This document shows positions 1-13,488 of a stretch of 64,000 bases of DNA, piece by piece. Origin of the DNA: Octopus sinensis (lineage: Eukaryota); contig NC_043008.1 of NCBI RefSeq assembly GCF_006345805.1, positions 47,306,001 to 47,370,000 on the forward strand. Reading direction: 5' to 3'. Position 1 is the first letter of the stretch. The number at the start of each line of letters is the position of its first letter. The position numbers and the translations under genes are program-made. Below the pieces are notes generated by a model that was given only the letters and a program-made list of their open reading frames with translations, was not told the origin of the DNA and did not search any database.

Positions 1-154
1 GATTGAAACAGAGAAAATTAAATAGAGAGCCTAATTGTGACGTGTAAGTCTATCACATGTTGATACAGGTGTATGTGAGAAACACGTAGATACTAATTAC
101 AGACCCCAATCAGCAAATGAATAACATTGAACAATATCAAAGTAAATGAGTGTC

Positions 155-371
155 TATTTTCTTTTCTACTCTAGGCACAGGCCCGAAATTTTGGAGGAGG
201 TGGGAGTCGATTACATCGACTCGAGTACGCAACTGGCACTTAATTTTTTGACTCTGAAAGGATGAAAAGGAAAGTCGACCTCGGCGGAATTTGAACTTAG
301 AACGTAATGACAGACGGAATATCACCAAGCATTTCGCCCGGCATGCTAACAATTCTGCCAGCTCCCCGCCT
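155..371 (-). mobile_element. tRNA-derived SINE, family A
   Basis: Reverse complement of the GGCGGCGAGCTGGCAGAATCGTTAGCA...GAGTTCAAATTCCGCCGAGGTCGACTTTGCC head seen at 10345, 27661 and 43374. Confidence 0.85.
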
Positions 372-659
372 TAGTAAATGAACGTCTATGCGAGACATCT
401 TGTTGCTCCAAATTCCATTTGTAGTTTATAGAGAGCTTTTAACTGAAATTCGTTTCCAGATGCATTATGTTCTAATTGATACCTTTAGTCCACTATGTTA
501 GGTCACCGACCCTGGGTTTGGCTGGAAGTCGAAATAAGCATCTTTTATTTATTCTGTGAGTTTAACATTTAGCTTTTCTTCCTAATGCAATATGGCTCAC
601 AAATTAAAAGATTCACTTCAGTTGTTGTTTGTATATAGAAGACCTGAACGTCGAAGAAC

Positions 660-668
660 ATATATATA

Positions 669-699
<31 letters not shown>

Positions 700-729
700 C
701 AAACATACATACATACATACATACATACA

Positions 730-765
<36 letters not shown>

Positions 766-768
766 TAT
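660..768. repeat. (TA)n/(CATA)n microsatellite
   Basis: Direct reading. Confidence 0.95.
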
Positions 769-1959
769 TCTAGTGTAGAACATTACATAGCGGTACGTGT
801 GTGCAGGTATGTAATAATGTATCTGGTATTTCAAAGATGTTTATCCCGTTAGTGGTCTAAGAGGTCTGTCGATATAGTCTTACCCAATGCGTTTGGCTCA
901 TTTGCCTAAATAATTTACAATTTACACCAGAGCTCTCTGATCTGAAGTTTATCAGAAACACACTGTACAACTACTGCAAACAGTTGAGAAACAGATTCCC
1001 AACGTCAATAACAAGAAATTGGACGTTCTATTTTAGTACTCTTTTTGTGAGGACATGGAGTTGATGTGTATCCCTCAGGATATGTAGCAGAACATGAATT
1101 GAAAATTCTGGTGTGACAAACTGGATGACAGTATCTGTAGTGTAACGACGTAGGAGTGTGTGTGTGTGTGTGTCTTTATCAGAATGATAATTGAGGAAAA
1201 ACTACCGAGGTAGGTATGGCACACGTAATTTTAGCCAACGCCAAATGTATTGAAGCATATATTAAATTCATTTTATGCAATAATGTAATAGAAACGATTA
1301 GTTTCCCGAGTGTACTTTTATCAAGACAAGTGCTAAAACATGTCTTAAACCATTTAGACGAAGCAAAAGCCATCACCAAAAGTTAAGATTTCACTGAGAA
1401 AAATATGTCTTTTAAAAAAAAAGAGTAAGTGCTTTTAGTATCAGACTACGAATATTATTTCTTTCCTTTATCGACATAGGTGTATAGTTACATGCATGAA
1501 AATCATTCGTATTCAAGGAAACATGTATTCTATAGGTATTGTCAGGACCTATATATTTAATAGTCGTGAAAGTGGTGATTAAAACTTGAAAGAATTAGAG
1601 TAGAGTAAGTGTTGATGCTAATGTGATGTTTCGAGTAATCTGATATCTAGTTTATTGATCAACCTTTGAGGTAAGTTAATATAAGTTGAACATAAAGATT
1701 TTCATGCATTTACCTCTTGAGGCCTTTACAACTTTCTTGATGGATTGCTTTGCTTTTGTTACGTAATTCTCATTAAAATGAATTCCGCATAATAGCTAAA
1801 TAATGTTTCTAGACTGCATTAAAGATTTGTGTTCCTTTTTTTAAAGATATAAATATTATGTATATGTGTACGTATGTATCTGTGGGCGCGTAACGTGTGC
1901 ATAGAGATATGAATATTCACACAAACTCACATATACATACATATGTGTGTGTGCGTGTG

Positions 1960-1980
1960 AATATAAATATATATATGTTC

Positions 1981-2037
<57 letters not shown>

Positions 2038-2060
2038 AGTGTGTATATATGTATGTATGC

Positions 2061-2118
<58 letters not shown>

Positions 2119-2215
2119 TATTCTTGTTGCTTATTTCGATATATATATACATATATATATATATGGATGAATGGATGGATGGATGTAAATGTGTTGTAAG
2201 AAAAATATATATATA
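1960..2215. repeat. compound (TA)n/(TG)n microsatellite
   Basis: Direct reading; source of several spurious IYIY ORFs. Confidence 0.95.
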
Positions 2216-3039
2216 CATAAAATAAACATAAAATTCTTTGATTGAAACTCACATTCTTATCAAGGTATCGTACAAAGGTATCTTTGTGAGTGTGTGTGTG
2301 TGTGTGCACATGTGTGTACATGGATGTGTGTATCCAAATGACTGCATGTGATTTTGAGTTGGTGAATATATGCGGTTGTATCGTTAATATTTGTGCATAC
2401 CTCAATGCCTCTGCTTGCATGATTCGCTAGCTGACACGCATGCGCTATGTAATATAATTTTCAAACATTTAAAAATCCAGTAATGAGTGTTCATTAATAA
2501 ATTCGATTATAATTGAAGTAATCAAAATTATGACGTGTCGATGAGCAACACATAAATTATATTTTACATTTTAGGTCTTAAACATATTTCATTTTAATTC
2601 GAGACCCGTGATTCCGAGAGGGAAGTGATTGTTTCTTGTGATAATGATTCAAAATGTTATACTCACGCACGCATAAATTCACGCGCGAACACACGCGCAC
2701 ACGCACATACACACATATTTCTGTTTGGTTTGAAATGTACTCAATACCATAATTAAGATTAATTATATATTTATTTGTCTTGGTCAAGTCAGTCTGTTGC
2801 TGCTCTGACCATCCCTCTTTATTTTTTTGGTTATCTCACCCTCATTGAAAAATTGTCATTAAATAAATGGATTATCTCCCCACTAATAAATCGAGTTAAT
2901 GTGGTGACAAGAGATCGGATTAAAAGGGTTTAGATCCTTTTCATTCAATACTTCAACACATTGTTGACGTTTGGCCTCCTCAATAGAAATGGTATGATTT
3001 GTTATAAAAATATTATCTGATTTACAACGATGTTTCATC

Positions 3040-3155
3040 TTACATTATTTACATTCTTTAAATTTGACGGATATTTTTCCTCATCTTATGGCATAGTGGT
3101 TAAGAGCGCGGGCTACTAACCCCAAGAATTCCGAGTTCGATTCCAGTAGTACCTT
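3040..3155 (+). mobile_element. tRNA-headed SINE-like element (head plus inverted tail fragment), same family as 31831-32185
   Basis: TTTGACGGATATTTTTCCTCATCTT (reverse complement of the tail) joined to ATGGCATAGTGGTTAAGAGCGCGGGCTACTAACCCC...GAGTTCGATTCC (box A/box B). Confidence 0.75.
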
Positions 3156-3269
3156 TGTTGCTATGTGTTCATTTCACTTCCTTTTAATTGTGATTTTTTT
3201 TTTCAGAAATTTTCAATATTCTGCTCTACTTCGCATTTGTCAACATGGAGAAATCCTTTAGTGGGATCC

Positions 3270-3570
3270 CTCTGATGGTCGAGACTAAGAATTGATGAGT
3301 CGCTGGCGAGAGGTGTCCATGTAGAGAGATTCTGTCGGTAATGGGGAAAGTCAGCAACGCGTTTAGTCGTGATTTTTGTGTGCGGATAAGACTTCACCAA
3401 GGGTCAGTTCTTAGCTCCTTCGTTTATAGTAGTGCCTCAGACCATAACGGAGGAACTTCAAACTAGTTGCCCCAGGGAGCTCATCTATGCCCTTGACTTT
3501 ATCCATAGAGCTGCTGCTCTAAGAAAATTGTAGAAGAAATTGCAGGTGCGATACCAATACTGAAGCCAAA
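3270..3570 (+). pseudogene. degenerate RTE-clade LINE reverse transcriptase fragment
   Basis: Manual translation with frameshifts gives RLHQGSVLS..FIVV..ITEELQTSCPRELIYALD, matching the RTE pattern GLHQGSVLSPLLF...CPWELLYADD. Confidence 0.7.
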
Positions 3571-4405
3571 GGGCGTTATAATTAATTTAGTAAAGACCAA
3601 ATTAGTAGCAATTAGAAGAGCGGATTAATTACAAGCTAATTAATGGTGATATGTAGAAACACTGTTGGCGGAAACTCTATACAGTTTACCTACTGCATTC
3701 TATGGACTCATAAAAGGCGCGTCGGAACCTCAGAAAGGCTAAAACGAAAGGTAAGCTTTGCGTGTCGTAATAAACATTAGCAATACACAGGAAGTAGATT
3801 TCTTCAAAATCCCAAGTGTTCTTTAGAAGTTGTACATAATTTCTTGCAGATCGTTGATATGCAACTAAATTAGCACTGAACATGTGTGCTTTAAATGCGT
3901 AGTTGCGAGAATAAGAACCGGCTGTGCAAAGTATAGAAAGATATTACCTTTGTTGGTAGCCAAAGAGCCCTCTCTTCATTCTCTTAAATCAAAATATTCC
4001 CTTCATTTCTTATTGTTCCTCTTGCTCTCTCTCTTCTTACGCTTTTTTCCCTTTCTTCCTTTTCTTCTGCTGTTCCCTCTTCCCTTTTCTTTTTTCTTTT
4101 TTCTTCTTTACTCGCTTTTTTCATTTCTTTTTGTGTCTCTTCTTTTTCGCCCCTGCATCATATTTTCTCTTCATCACCATAGGAAATCTATGTATGAATA
4201 CGGAAATCCATCATTTCCCACTCATAGCATGCCTCAACTTCCTGTACATCCACAGATGAAACACAAAGAGCCAAGAGATTGATTCGACCAAGATAAAATA
4301 CACACAAACATGCACACACACCCACCGACAAATATATGTATATATATGTGTGTGTGTGTGTGTGTGTATGTGTGTATAATCATATATATATATCATTTTA
4401 TATGT

Positions 4406-4650
4406 GGAGGCGCGTGGCTTAGTGGTTAGGGTGTCAGCATCATGATCGTAAGATTGTGGTTTCAATTCCTGGACTGGGCGACGCGTTGTGTTCTAGAGCA
4501 AAACACTTCATTTCACGTTGCTCCAGTCCACTCAGCTGGCAAAAATGAGTAAGGCTGCGATGGACTGGCGTCCCGTCCAGCTGAGTAACACATACGCCAT
4601 AGAAACCGGGCCTATGAGCATGGCTAGGCTTTAAAATGGCGCATCATTTA
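4406..4650 (+). mobile_element. tRNA-derived SINE, family B (CORE/MIR-like central domain)
   Basis: GGAGGCGCGTGGCTTAGTGGTTAGG head and CACGTTGCTCCAGTCCACTCAGCTGGC core shared with 25031-25351. Confidence 0.85.
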
Positions 4651-5299
4651 TTTATTATAATTATGTGTGTGTGTGTGTGTGTGAAGGAGGGATGTTAGAG
4701 CTATGGAATCTCATATACATTACACCTCTTCTTAGTAAGGTAGTCACGTGTGAAACACGTTTCAAAAGATTCACAGGAACCAATGTTACGTAATTTTCAG
4801 ATGCTACATCAATAAACATTGGTTGAATCATGTTCATGCATTCATTTCTTCGGGCGATATAGCATTGATGGATGTTTAACTGAGGGTTGTTTAATCAATT
4901 TGACCAATGAGAAGATTGATTGAGGTGTGTGGGTATATGTATATCTGGTATGGGTGGAAGGTGATGGAAAAAGAGGAAGGAATGGTAGTTACAAGGAGGT
5001 GGAGGTATCTGTGGTGATGCTGGACTTATTTTGCTTTTTGAGTCTGCAGATGTCAGGATGGATATTAGGATTCTTTGATTTGACCTTACTCACAGCAGGT
5101 GCCTTATCAATGAATTCAGAAGTGGTCGGGTCAGCAGGTACAACCATTACAGCCATTCAGTTGTTGGAGTTCATTGTCAGAATTGTCAAATGTTACATTC
5201 TTAAAGTGACCTTTTAATTACTTGTGGTGGTATAATGGTATAGCACGTATCATATGAAAATAATGGTTATTTTTTTTACTTGTTAATATTCTTCCCTTG

Positions 5300-5785
5300 T
5301 TCTATCATATGCCAAGGCGGTTAGTGCTTTTCTGTTTCAAAGTGTTATTTTTTGAATTCTAGGAATCATACCTTGCTTGTATGCTTACATGATATAATAA
5401 CTTCAGTGTATATATAAATTATATTTCTCTGCATGTGATGATCTCCAGGGTTTCCTTTAGGTATAGGTTGCACACCTGCGACGTTTTGGGCGAAATTTGT
5501 TTTATAATATACCAGTGAGTTGTATGCTCCACTCCATTCTGCTTGAACCTCCTGATGAGGTTAGATAGTGATGTTGATTGCCTTTTTATTTAAATTGGAA
5601 AATGACGTAAGACGGTTGCGCAGACGATTTTCATGGTGTCCCTGGAACCACCAAGGTACACGTATTTCTGTGCAGCCACCTTCACCTCACATTTGTAAAC
5701 TACATTCTTTATCATACAGTTGTTGTTACACCTGTATTCCTCGCTTCGTCTGCAGTTACATACTTTGTTGTCTTTTCTGTTGACT
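5300..5785 (-). pseudogene. Penelope-like element GIY-YIG endonuclease remnant
   Basis: Minus-strand translation gives VCNCRR...CMIKNVVYKCEV...KYVYLGGS...STSLSNLIRRFKQ...W...RCNL.LKE...SCKHTSK, the Penelope-type GIY-YIG C-terminus, with frameshifts. Confidence 0.75.
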
Positions 5786-5839
5786 TACAAACACACACCA
5801 CACCACACATTAGATAATATGAATAAGAAGGGGGCTTGA

Positions 5840-6290
5840 CATAGTTACGAAATTAGGTATACAAGATAGGACTACACTTTATACACCTGTGGCACCCAGA
5901 ACAAGCCTAAAAGACCATGAGGAAAACTTTCAGGATACCTCATCAGTAAGACTAATATGCTCATATAAATCTGATATAGGTTGAATTAGCAAAACCGTAA
6001 TAAATAAGATAATACCATAATTAAAATGTGTAACCAAGCTCACATTGTAGTCGAACACCAATGAAGTTATCATATGGTTTCAAAGCCTGGGGAACACATA
6101 CAAGGCTAAATTTGTGCAGCTAGATATATCTAACTACTACCAAACCATAAACTCAGAAATATTAAGCAAGGCATTTTCGTTCGCAAAAAGCAATTCCGAC
6201 CTCATTAGAGAAGAAACAGATCTGCTTTTAGCGGTTAGGAGAACTATTATAGAATACGTAGGTAAACTTTGGACTGTGAGACAGGAAATA
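5840..6290 (+). pseudogene. Penelope-like element reverse transcriptase remnant
   Basis: TSLKDHEENF..SVRLIC..KSDIG.ISK...NTNEVIIWF...FVQLDISNYYQTI matches the PLE RT pattern ITLKDHKENF...RLINP.KSEIG...FDI..FYPSI; contains in-frame stops. Confidence 0.8.
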
Positions 6291-6319
6291 TCTATTGGAC
6301 AAAGCAATGGGGGCTAGCG

Positions 6320-6620
6320 ACTCGGCACGAGTAACGAATATAGTAGGAATATAACTATTATCGCAAATCGAATCTTGGAGCAAGAGACGCATTGTGTTCT
6401 TGAGCAAAAAGCTTCAGTTCGCGTTGCTCCAGTCCACTCACCTGTAAATTAGTAAACCCACGACGGATTGCACTCCTGAGCATGCCGAATGCTGCCCGTT
6501 CGTTTAACCACTGGGTAGCATCTTTCGAAAGCTAAAACGATGGAAAACTCTCTATGTGGCCAGCAATGTATAACAGCCGATAGTCGGATCGACCACGCCT
6601 CTCAACCAGGTAAAATAATA
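6320..6620 (+). mobile_element. degenerate SINE family B
   Basis: TTGTGTTCTTGAGCAAAAAGCTTCAGTTCGCGTTGCTCCAGTCCACTCA core. Confidence 0.6.
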
Positions 6621-7630
6621 TTTTATGTAAAACCATTGCAATAATATTTCAAGTACACCATTCACAAAATTAATTTCCTTAAGATGATCGCTTTTTTCCA
6701 TGGCTATGGTCTTTCAAATGTATCGATATGGGACTGTAATGTCTCAAACAGAAGACTTATTACGCAGAATATTTTAGTATATTCAGCACAAACATATAAA
6801 TGTCAGCTACATACACAATTATATGTAATTTGACTCCATTCAATCAATTATATTTCCAAATATGTTTCACACAATGTTCATAAAAAAAAGACAGGGGAAA
6901 TAAGAAAGAAAAGTCAAACTGTTAAAACTGTCCTGTTTGCGTAAGGGGAGAACAGAGCGAGACATATTTATCATTGTCTATCCATTGAAACTAATAATTA
7001 TTACCGACAGAATATGAATAATTATTTTTCTAATATGTGGAAAAATTATTGAAGCGTAATAAAAAAAAATTCTTGCTCAGTAGAAATGAAATCAAATCAC
7101 AGGAGCATAAATGTCTGGAAATTGCTCCCCCTCTGACTAAAGTGTGTAATTATGTTTCCAGCATAAATAATATTTGGCACAATATTTAATTTCTCTCATT
7201 CAATTGTATGAATACAATTGCACATCCAAGCGTACACCAGAATATATATATATATCTGTGTGTGTGTGTGAGTGTGTATGTATATATATATGAATGTACA
7301 TATGTATGTATGTATGTACATACGTATGCACGTGTGTATGTACATGTGTATGTATGTATGTATGTATGTATGTAATGCTTAGGTATTCCAAGAATAAAAT
7401 ACTAACCTGGTGTAGAACTCAATATACCTAGACCTCAGAACGAAGCGCTAGTCCAGTTCAATGCGGTACTAATATATTCGAGGTTCCGATGAAGCTATGA
7501 GGTGCTTCTCAGACACTCAACTATGAGTCCACTGCATCTTACAGCAGGAACATCTGTAAGCTAATGCAATCCATAAGATAATCGTGCATTCCTTTGCCAA
7601 CACATTTATATATGTATGTATATATATATA

Positions 7631-7669
<39 letters not shown>

Positions 7670-10344
7670 TATGAGTAATTCTAGAATATCTTTATGCATT
7701 GAGCCTGGATAAGTACAGCCCAACCAGTAACAGAATGTAAAATGCGGACGTCGAGAGCTAGAATATATTAATGCATTAACACTGCTAAGTACAGGACAAA
7801 AAGAATAAAAAATCTTAAAAGATTGCTGCTGAAGTTAGATTTTCAAAACTAAAATACCCTTTTATACATTGTCTTTATATTTACATAAAAGTTTAAAGTA
7901 CTGAAGAATCTATTTATTTTAAATTTTAGTTAAAGATTTAATTTCCTGAATATTCCACATTAATAATTTGATATTACAAATTTATGTATTTCAAAATCAT
8001 ATAATAGCAGCTTAAGCAAAAGAGACAAAATATTATTACCAATTAGCTACATAAGACTCATTTCCATATAATGCACCCATTTTTTTCATTAGATTTTAGT
8101 TTTTAAACTATTCTTCTGACTGTAAATAGAAATGCTTCGTTACCTGATAATGCAAACTTGGAAGATATTAATCCTTTTTTTCTTTAATTTTTTTACTACT
8201 TTCTACTATTTTGAACTACATACCTTTCTACAAGAATTTAATTTTATGACATTGTCTGAGACTCAACATTTCGGAATAACGAGTTTTGATAAGAAACTAA
8301 CATTAAAAGAATAATATAAAATTAAAAATAAGATAGAAATTACTAGCTTAATATAAAGAAATTTTTTAGATAAAAATAATAACTTTCATTTTTTTTTAGA
8401 ATTCCAATAAAAAAACAAAAATTATATAAAACCTTGAAAGTGAACACTATTCGATGAACAATTTCAGAAATATATTTAACGATTTTAAAACTATTTACTT
8501 CGGATATTTTGATTTATTCAAGATCAAAGACCATACAATGTCTATTTCCATAAATTTCAGATAGACTAAATTATTCCAAAAAGAGAATTTACATCACTGA
8601 GAAGGGAAAAAGAGGTGATGCATTTCTGTTCTTTGGAGAACTCAGCTTCAAGGCAAGATTCATTTCAGTTTCCTTTTTCATTATTCTGCACAAATTCCTC
8701 TCAACATGGCACAGTACAAACCTTTTCCTTATTTAATGCTTGCATAATTTCAATTCATTAAAGTTACTTATCTGAATATATTCTCCACAATAATCACCGC
8801 TATATTTTGTATTTAATAACTAAAATGCGCCACCAAGCTATTTTCTTTGAGTGATGCTTTTCTCGTTATTTATAAATAGCGTCACTGCCTTACTTTCATA
8901 TCTATTCCTATTCCCCCTTTTTTAGAATTACGGAATATATTTTCTTGGAATATTTTCCGCTGTGAAGACATAATAAGGCAGAAATATGTCTATTATGTTC
9001 GGAATTTGAATACAATATGCATTGAATATATGATCCAGCGTTTTCGATCAGCTGACAAGGCACTAAATAACATGTTTTCTTCAGCTAACCTTTCCTCAAA
9101 CGTCACAAATTATTGATAAAAATTTATGGTAAATAGACTTTAGAAATGAAATTCAAAACATCGATATACGTTGTTGATATCTTGGTATGTTTGTTTATTT
9201 CTTCGTTTTGACCTAAAAAATCTAACCCGATTCTTCCATTCGATTCCATTCATGTCTGTTATTCTTTACGAACAATACTTTACTTTTCATTGAATGACAA
9301 AGTTGCTTCGCTGAGTGTAAAGATTTTCCCGCAATGCATGCATTAACACATGTGGCCATCCTATTATATGCGTGTGTTATGACTAGACACAATAATACAG
9401 AAATCATAAACTAAATATATAAATTATAAACTAAGTAGAGAAACATGGAGGATGCTTGGCTTTAAGCTTCAAGTGATGGTTCTTCAAAACACTGTTACAG
9501 AGAGAAATAGAAAAATGAAAGGAGAATAACTAAGAGAAATACTTATGTATATAATCGTTACTCAAATAATCTGTGTGAAATCGATTTTTATAGAGTCTGA
9601 CCTGTATACATGTGCGAGTGTATTTTATACTTATGTAAATCGACGAAAGATATTTTCAATATTCAAATTAGACGTTGAATAATCAAGAACTGGTCTAAAG
9701 TTGAGCTGACTTGAGAAAACTGACAAGTTGAATATTTTTACTTTGTATAACAGCACAAATAGAATACCAGATAGATTCAGTGCCGGAGCGGAATGAGAAA
9801 TCTAAATATTTCCCCCACGGAAACATTAACATTTAAAGTACACTAGAAATATTTAATGAATTACAGCACCAAGTCTCGTTACTAGTTTTCAGCAACAAAC
9901 TTACAAGTGTATTTACATACAATCGTATGTAAGTGAGCTTGCAGTATTGAATTGAACATTCTATTTTGGACATCAGCGCTCGATTTAGTAAATGTAAAAT
10001 CCAGGAAGATTCTAAATGCTTCCAGCAAATCTAAAACAAACATTTGAGCAATTTGTTTACAGCAAAGTAATTTGCGATCTAATTTCCGATTTAACTTATC
10101 GCTAATTTATATAATTTCTACAACGTTTTAATTATAAATATATATATTTAACATGTTGCTAGGTAATCAAAAATTTAAAACTGTAGATATAATTAGACTG
10201 CTAAAGACGAGGAATTGTTTGCGCAAATGTTGTGTATTAGATTTGACTAACATTTAAAATAACAGCTTTGCATTTGAAAGGAATTCAAAATAAGTGCAGG
10301 CAGTAAACAGACAAACGTTTATACATGCGTATATGAAAATACAT

Positions 10345-10568
10345 GAGCTGGCAGAAACGTTAGCACGCTGGGCGAAATGCGTAGCTGTATTTCATCTGTC
10401 GTCACGTTCCGAGTTCAAATTCCGCCGAGGTCGACTTTGCCTTTCATCCTTTCGGGGTCGATAAATTAAGTACCAGTTACACACTGGGGTCGATATGATC
10501 GACTTAATCCGTTTGTCTGTCCTTGTTTGTCCCGTCTGTGTTTAGCCCCTTGTGGGTAGTAAAGAAAT
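10345..10568 (+). mobile_element. SINE family A, near-intact, followed by (TA)n
   Basis: Highly similar to 43374-43599 and to the reverse complement of 27661-27891. Confidence 0.9.
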
Positions 10569-10576
10569 ATATATAT

Positions 10577-10645
<69 letters not shown>

Positions 10646-10686
10646 TTATACATATATGTGTATATTATGTATGTGTGTGTGTATAC

Positions 10687-10773
<87 letters not shown>

Positions 10774-10830
10774 CATATATGTACATAGATACATATATGT
10801 ATGCATGCATGTATGTTTGTGTGTATGTAT
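10568..10830. repeat. (TA)n-rich microsatellite
   Basis: Direct reading. Confidence 0.95.
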
Positions 10831-10866
10831 GTGTTATTATTAATATTATTATTATTATTATTATTA

Positions 10867-12326
10867 TCATTGTCATTTACTTTTAATCTGCATGTTTGAT
10901 GCAATCACCTGCCGGGGCACACCCAGCGCCCTAGGGCAAGTGAAGGTTAAGAGTTGTTGAAATATAGCTGAAAGCTTGGGGAGGGGAAGTAGAGATATAT
11001 CTCCATGTAATGCAAACACAAACATTTACATTGATAGGGTTTTTCTAAGGATGTGGGCAGTACTTGTTAGCACAATCTTTTGGATTTCCTTGAGACATGG
11101 TTTTCCAGGGATATTGTCTAGGTGTTTCTGACATCCCTTTTTTATCATACCTAGGGCACCTACAATAACAGGAACAGTTTTTGTTTTAAGATTCCACATC
11201 CTCTGTATTTCGATTTCCAGGTCCTTATATTTACTAAGTTTGTCAAATTCCTTGACAGATACATTTTTATCAGTGGGGACGCTTACTTCTATTAGTCTGC
11301 AGGTATTTTCTTCCCTGTCTTTAACAATTATGTCTGGTCGATTAGCCTTGATCGTTCTGTCAGTGTTGACTGGAAAATCCAGAGGATGGTGACATCTTTA
11401 CCTTCAACAACTGGCTGAGGATGGTGTTCATACCAGTTAGCAGGAGTGTCGGATTTGTAGTGTTTACATATCTTCCAATGTATATACTGTCCTACCCTAT
11501 CGTGGCGATTTTTGTATTCGTTTGGTGTCAGCACAGGACATCCCGAAACGAGATGGTCTATCGTTTCGTCAAATGTGTCGCAGAATCTGTATTTAGGGTC
11601 AGTACCGTTTCGGAGAACGTTAGCCTGGTAATTTCTGGTAAACAAGCTTTGATCTTGTGCTGCCATTATGAAACCTTCAGTCTCTGCTTTCAATCCAGAG
11701 CTCTTCAGCCACTGATGGGTTGTTGCTTGGTCTACATCAACATTTTGGCTTCGGAGAATATATTGTCCATGCAGGGGCTTCTGGCTCCACCGCCTCTCAA
11801 TTTGATTCTGCCCGTTCTTTTTTGCAGTCTGCTTGATTCGCTTTGCTTGCTTGGTAGCAGAGGTTTCCGGCTCTTCATCTGATTCAAGGTTAATGTCTAG
11901 TTCCCTTTCGAACTTATAAGCTTCCTTGACAATAGAATGTAGCTTTTTGCTGCTTTCGTGTTCGCACACAAGTCGCATCATCCAGTCTTTTGTACTAGAT
12001 AGGTACCTGTTCATTCCTACAGTAGAGGTCTTATAGCACAGCTCTAATTGCATCATTTCTCTCCCCCCGCTGCTTCTAGGTAGGTACAAGCGGTCTACAT
12101 CTGCCTTAGGGTGGTGCATGCTCTTGGATGTCAGTAACTTTCTTGTCTTCCTGTCCAAGCGTTGGAGTTCCGTAAGGTTCCAGTTAATGATGTTAAAACT
12201 GTACTGGACTACTGGAAGTGCCAGGGTGTTAATGGCCTGAATGCAATTTTTGGAGTTGAATTCAGTCTTCAGTACAAGCCTTATTCTCCTACAGTATTCC
12301 TTTCTTATTTTTTCCTTCATAGTAGC

Positions 12327-12327
<1 letters not shown>
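10867..12327 (-). mobile_element. 5'-truncated RLE non-LTR retrotransposon (Dong/R4-like), copy 1
   Basis: HPKADVDRLYLPRSSGGR, zinc knuckle YRFC..DETIDHLVSGC, RHDRVG, RPDIIV..LIEVSVP (RLE), KYKDLEIEIQRMW; 3' UTR ends in (TAA)n on the minus strand; (TAA)n also at the 5' junction. Confidence 0.9.
11026..12326 (-). pseudogene. C-terminal part of RLE-LINE ORF (thumb, CCHC knuckle, restriction-like endonuclease)
   Basis: ORF 11328..12533 plus a continuation after a 1-nt frameshift at ~11380 (TGGAT for TGGGAT) to a stop at 11026; first knuckle Cys replaced by Tyr. Confidence 0.85.
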
Positions 12328-12405
<78 letters not shown>

Positions 12406-12427
12406 GTTATTATTATTGTTATTATTA

Positions 12428-12496
<69 letters not shown>

Positions 12497-12503
12497 TATT
12501 ATT
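12328..12503. repeat. (AAT)n followed by (ATT)n microsatellite
   Basis: Direct reading; strand switch at ~12359. Confidence 0.95.
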
Positions 12504-12537
12504 TAAGATGCAAATATAATCACCAAAAATCACAAAG

Positions 12538-12579
12538 AACTGTTACTCAGAGTTTCCCGTTCCCGTTCGTCGGACAGTT
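12538..12579 (-). ncRNA. degenerate type I hammerhead ribozyme-like motif
   Basis: Minus strand AACTGT-CCGACGA-ACG GGAA CGG-GAAA-CTC T GAG-TA-ACAGTT: perfect 6-bp helix I, U4C core change, imperfect helix II. Confidence 0.5.
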
Positions 12580-12585
12580 TAGATT

Positions 12586-12621
12586 CCGACGAACGAGAGC
12601 GAGAAACTCCGAGTAGCAGTT
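12586..12621 (+). ncRNA. second, inverted copy of the same hammerhead-like motif
   Basis: CCGACGA-ACG AGAG CGA-GAAA-CTC C GAG-TA-GCAGTT; 5' strand of helix I absent. Confidence 0.35.
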
Positions 12622-12859
12622 TGCTGTGATACTGTTATGATATTTTTGCAGCTTTAATAATAACAAAGCATATTACTCTGCCTTCGGTATTCGAACACTA
12701 TTTTCACCCAACGTCTTTCACGTTTATGTGGTTAGTTTGGTATGTATGTATGTCATTATTCAGTTTTATTTCAAGATTTCTGGCCAATAGAGGAAAAACC
12801 AGTTCCTAACTTAGGTCCAAGGAGTCTTCATCGGAATTTCAGCATCAACAAGAGAATAA

Positions 12860-13002
12860 TTGTGTATGTATGTATGTATGTATGTATGTATGTGTGTATG
12901 TATTTATATATATATATGTATGTGTGCACATATATGTATGTATATATATATATATATACATATATGTATATATATATGTATACATATATATATATATGTA
13001 TA

Positions 13003-13051
<49 letters not shown>

Positions 13052-13100
13052 GTATACATATATATATATATGTATATATATTATATAGATATATATATTA

Positions 13101-13136
<36 letters not shown>

Positions 13137-13195
13137 CATATATACATATGTATATATATATATATATATATATGTGTATATATATATATATACAC

Positions 13196-13262
<67 letters not shown>
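12860..13262. repeat. long compound (TA)n/(TATG)n microsatellite
   Basis: Direct reading. Confidence 0.95.
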
Positions 13263-13437
13263 GAAAATAGTAATGCAGAGGTAAGACAATTTTTTTCATG
13301 TTTCTTGCACACACGCATCTTTACTAGTACATACGCAGTGAAGCTATACATTAGCGTCGTATTTATTACGTTCGCTATTTTCCAGTAAATATCGGTACTT
13401 CGTTGTGCCATTTATTTACTTATATATATATATATAT

Positions 13438-13488
<51 letters not shown>

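Noticed and set aside
7900-9000. AT-rich unique region with peptide-like stretches on the minus strand
   Set aside because: All frames are interrupted by stops and I recognise no transposase or host motif.
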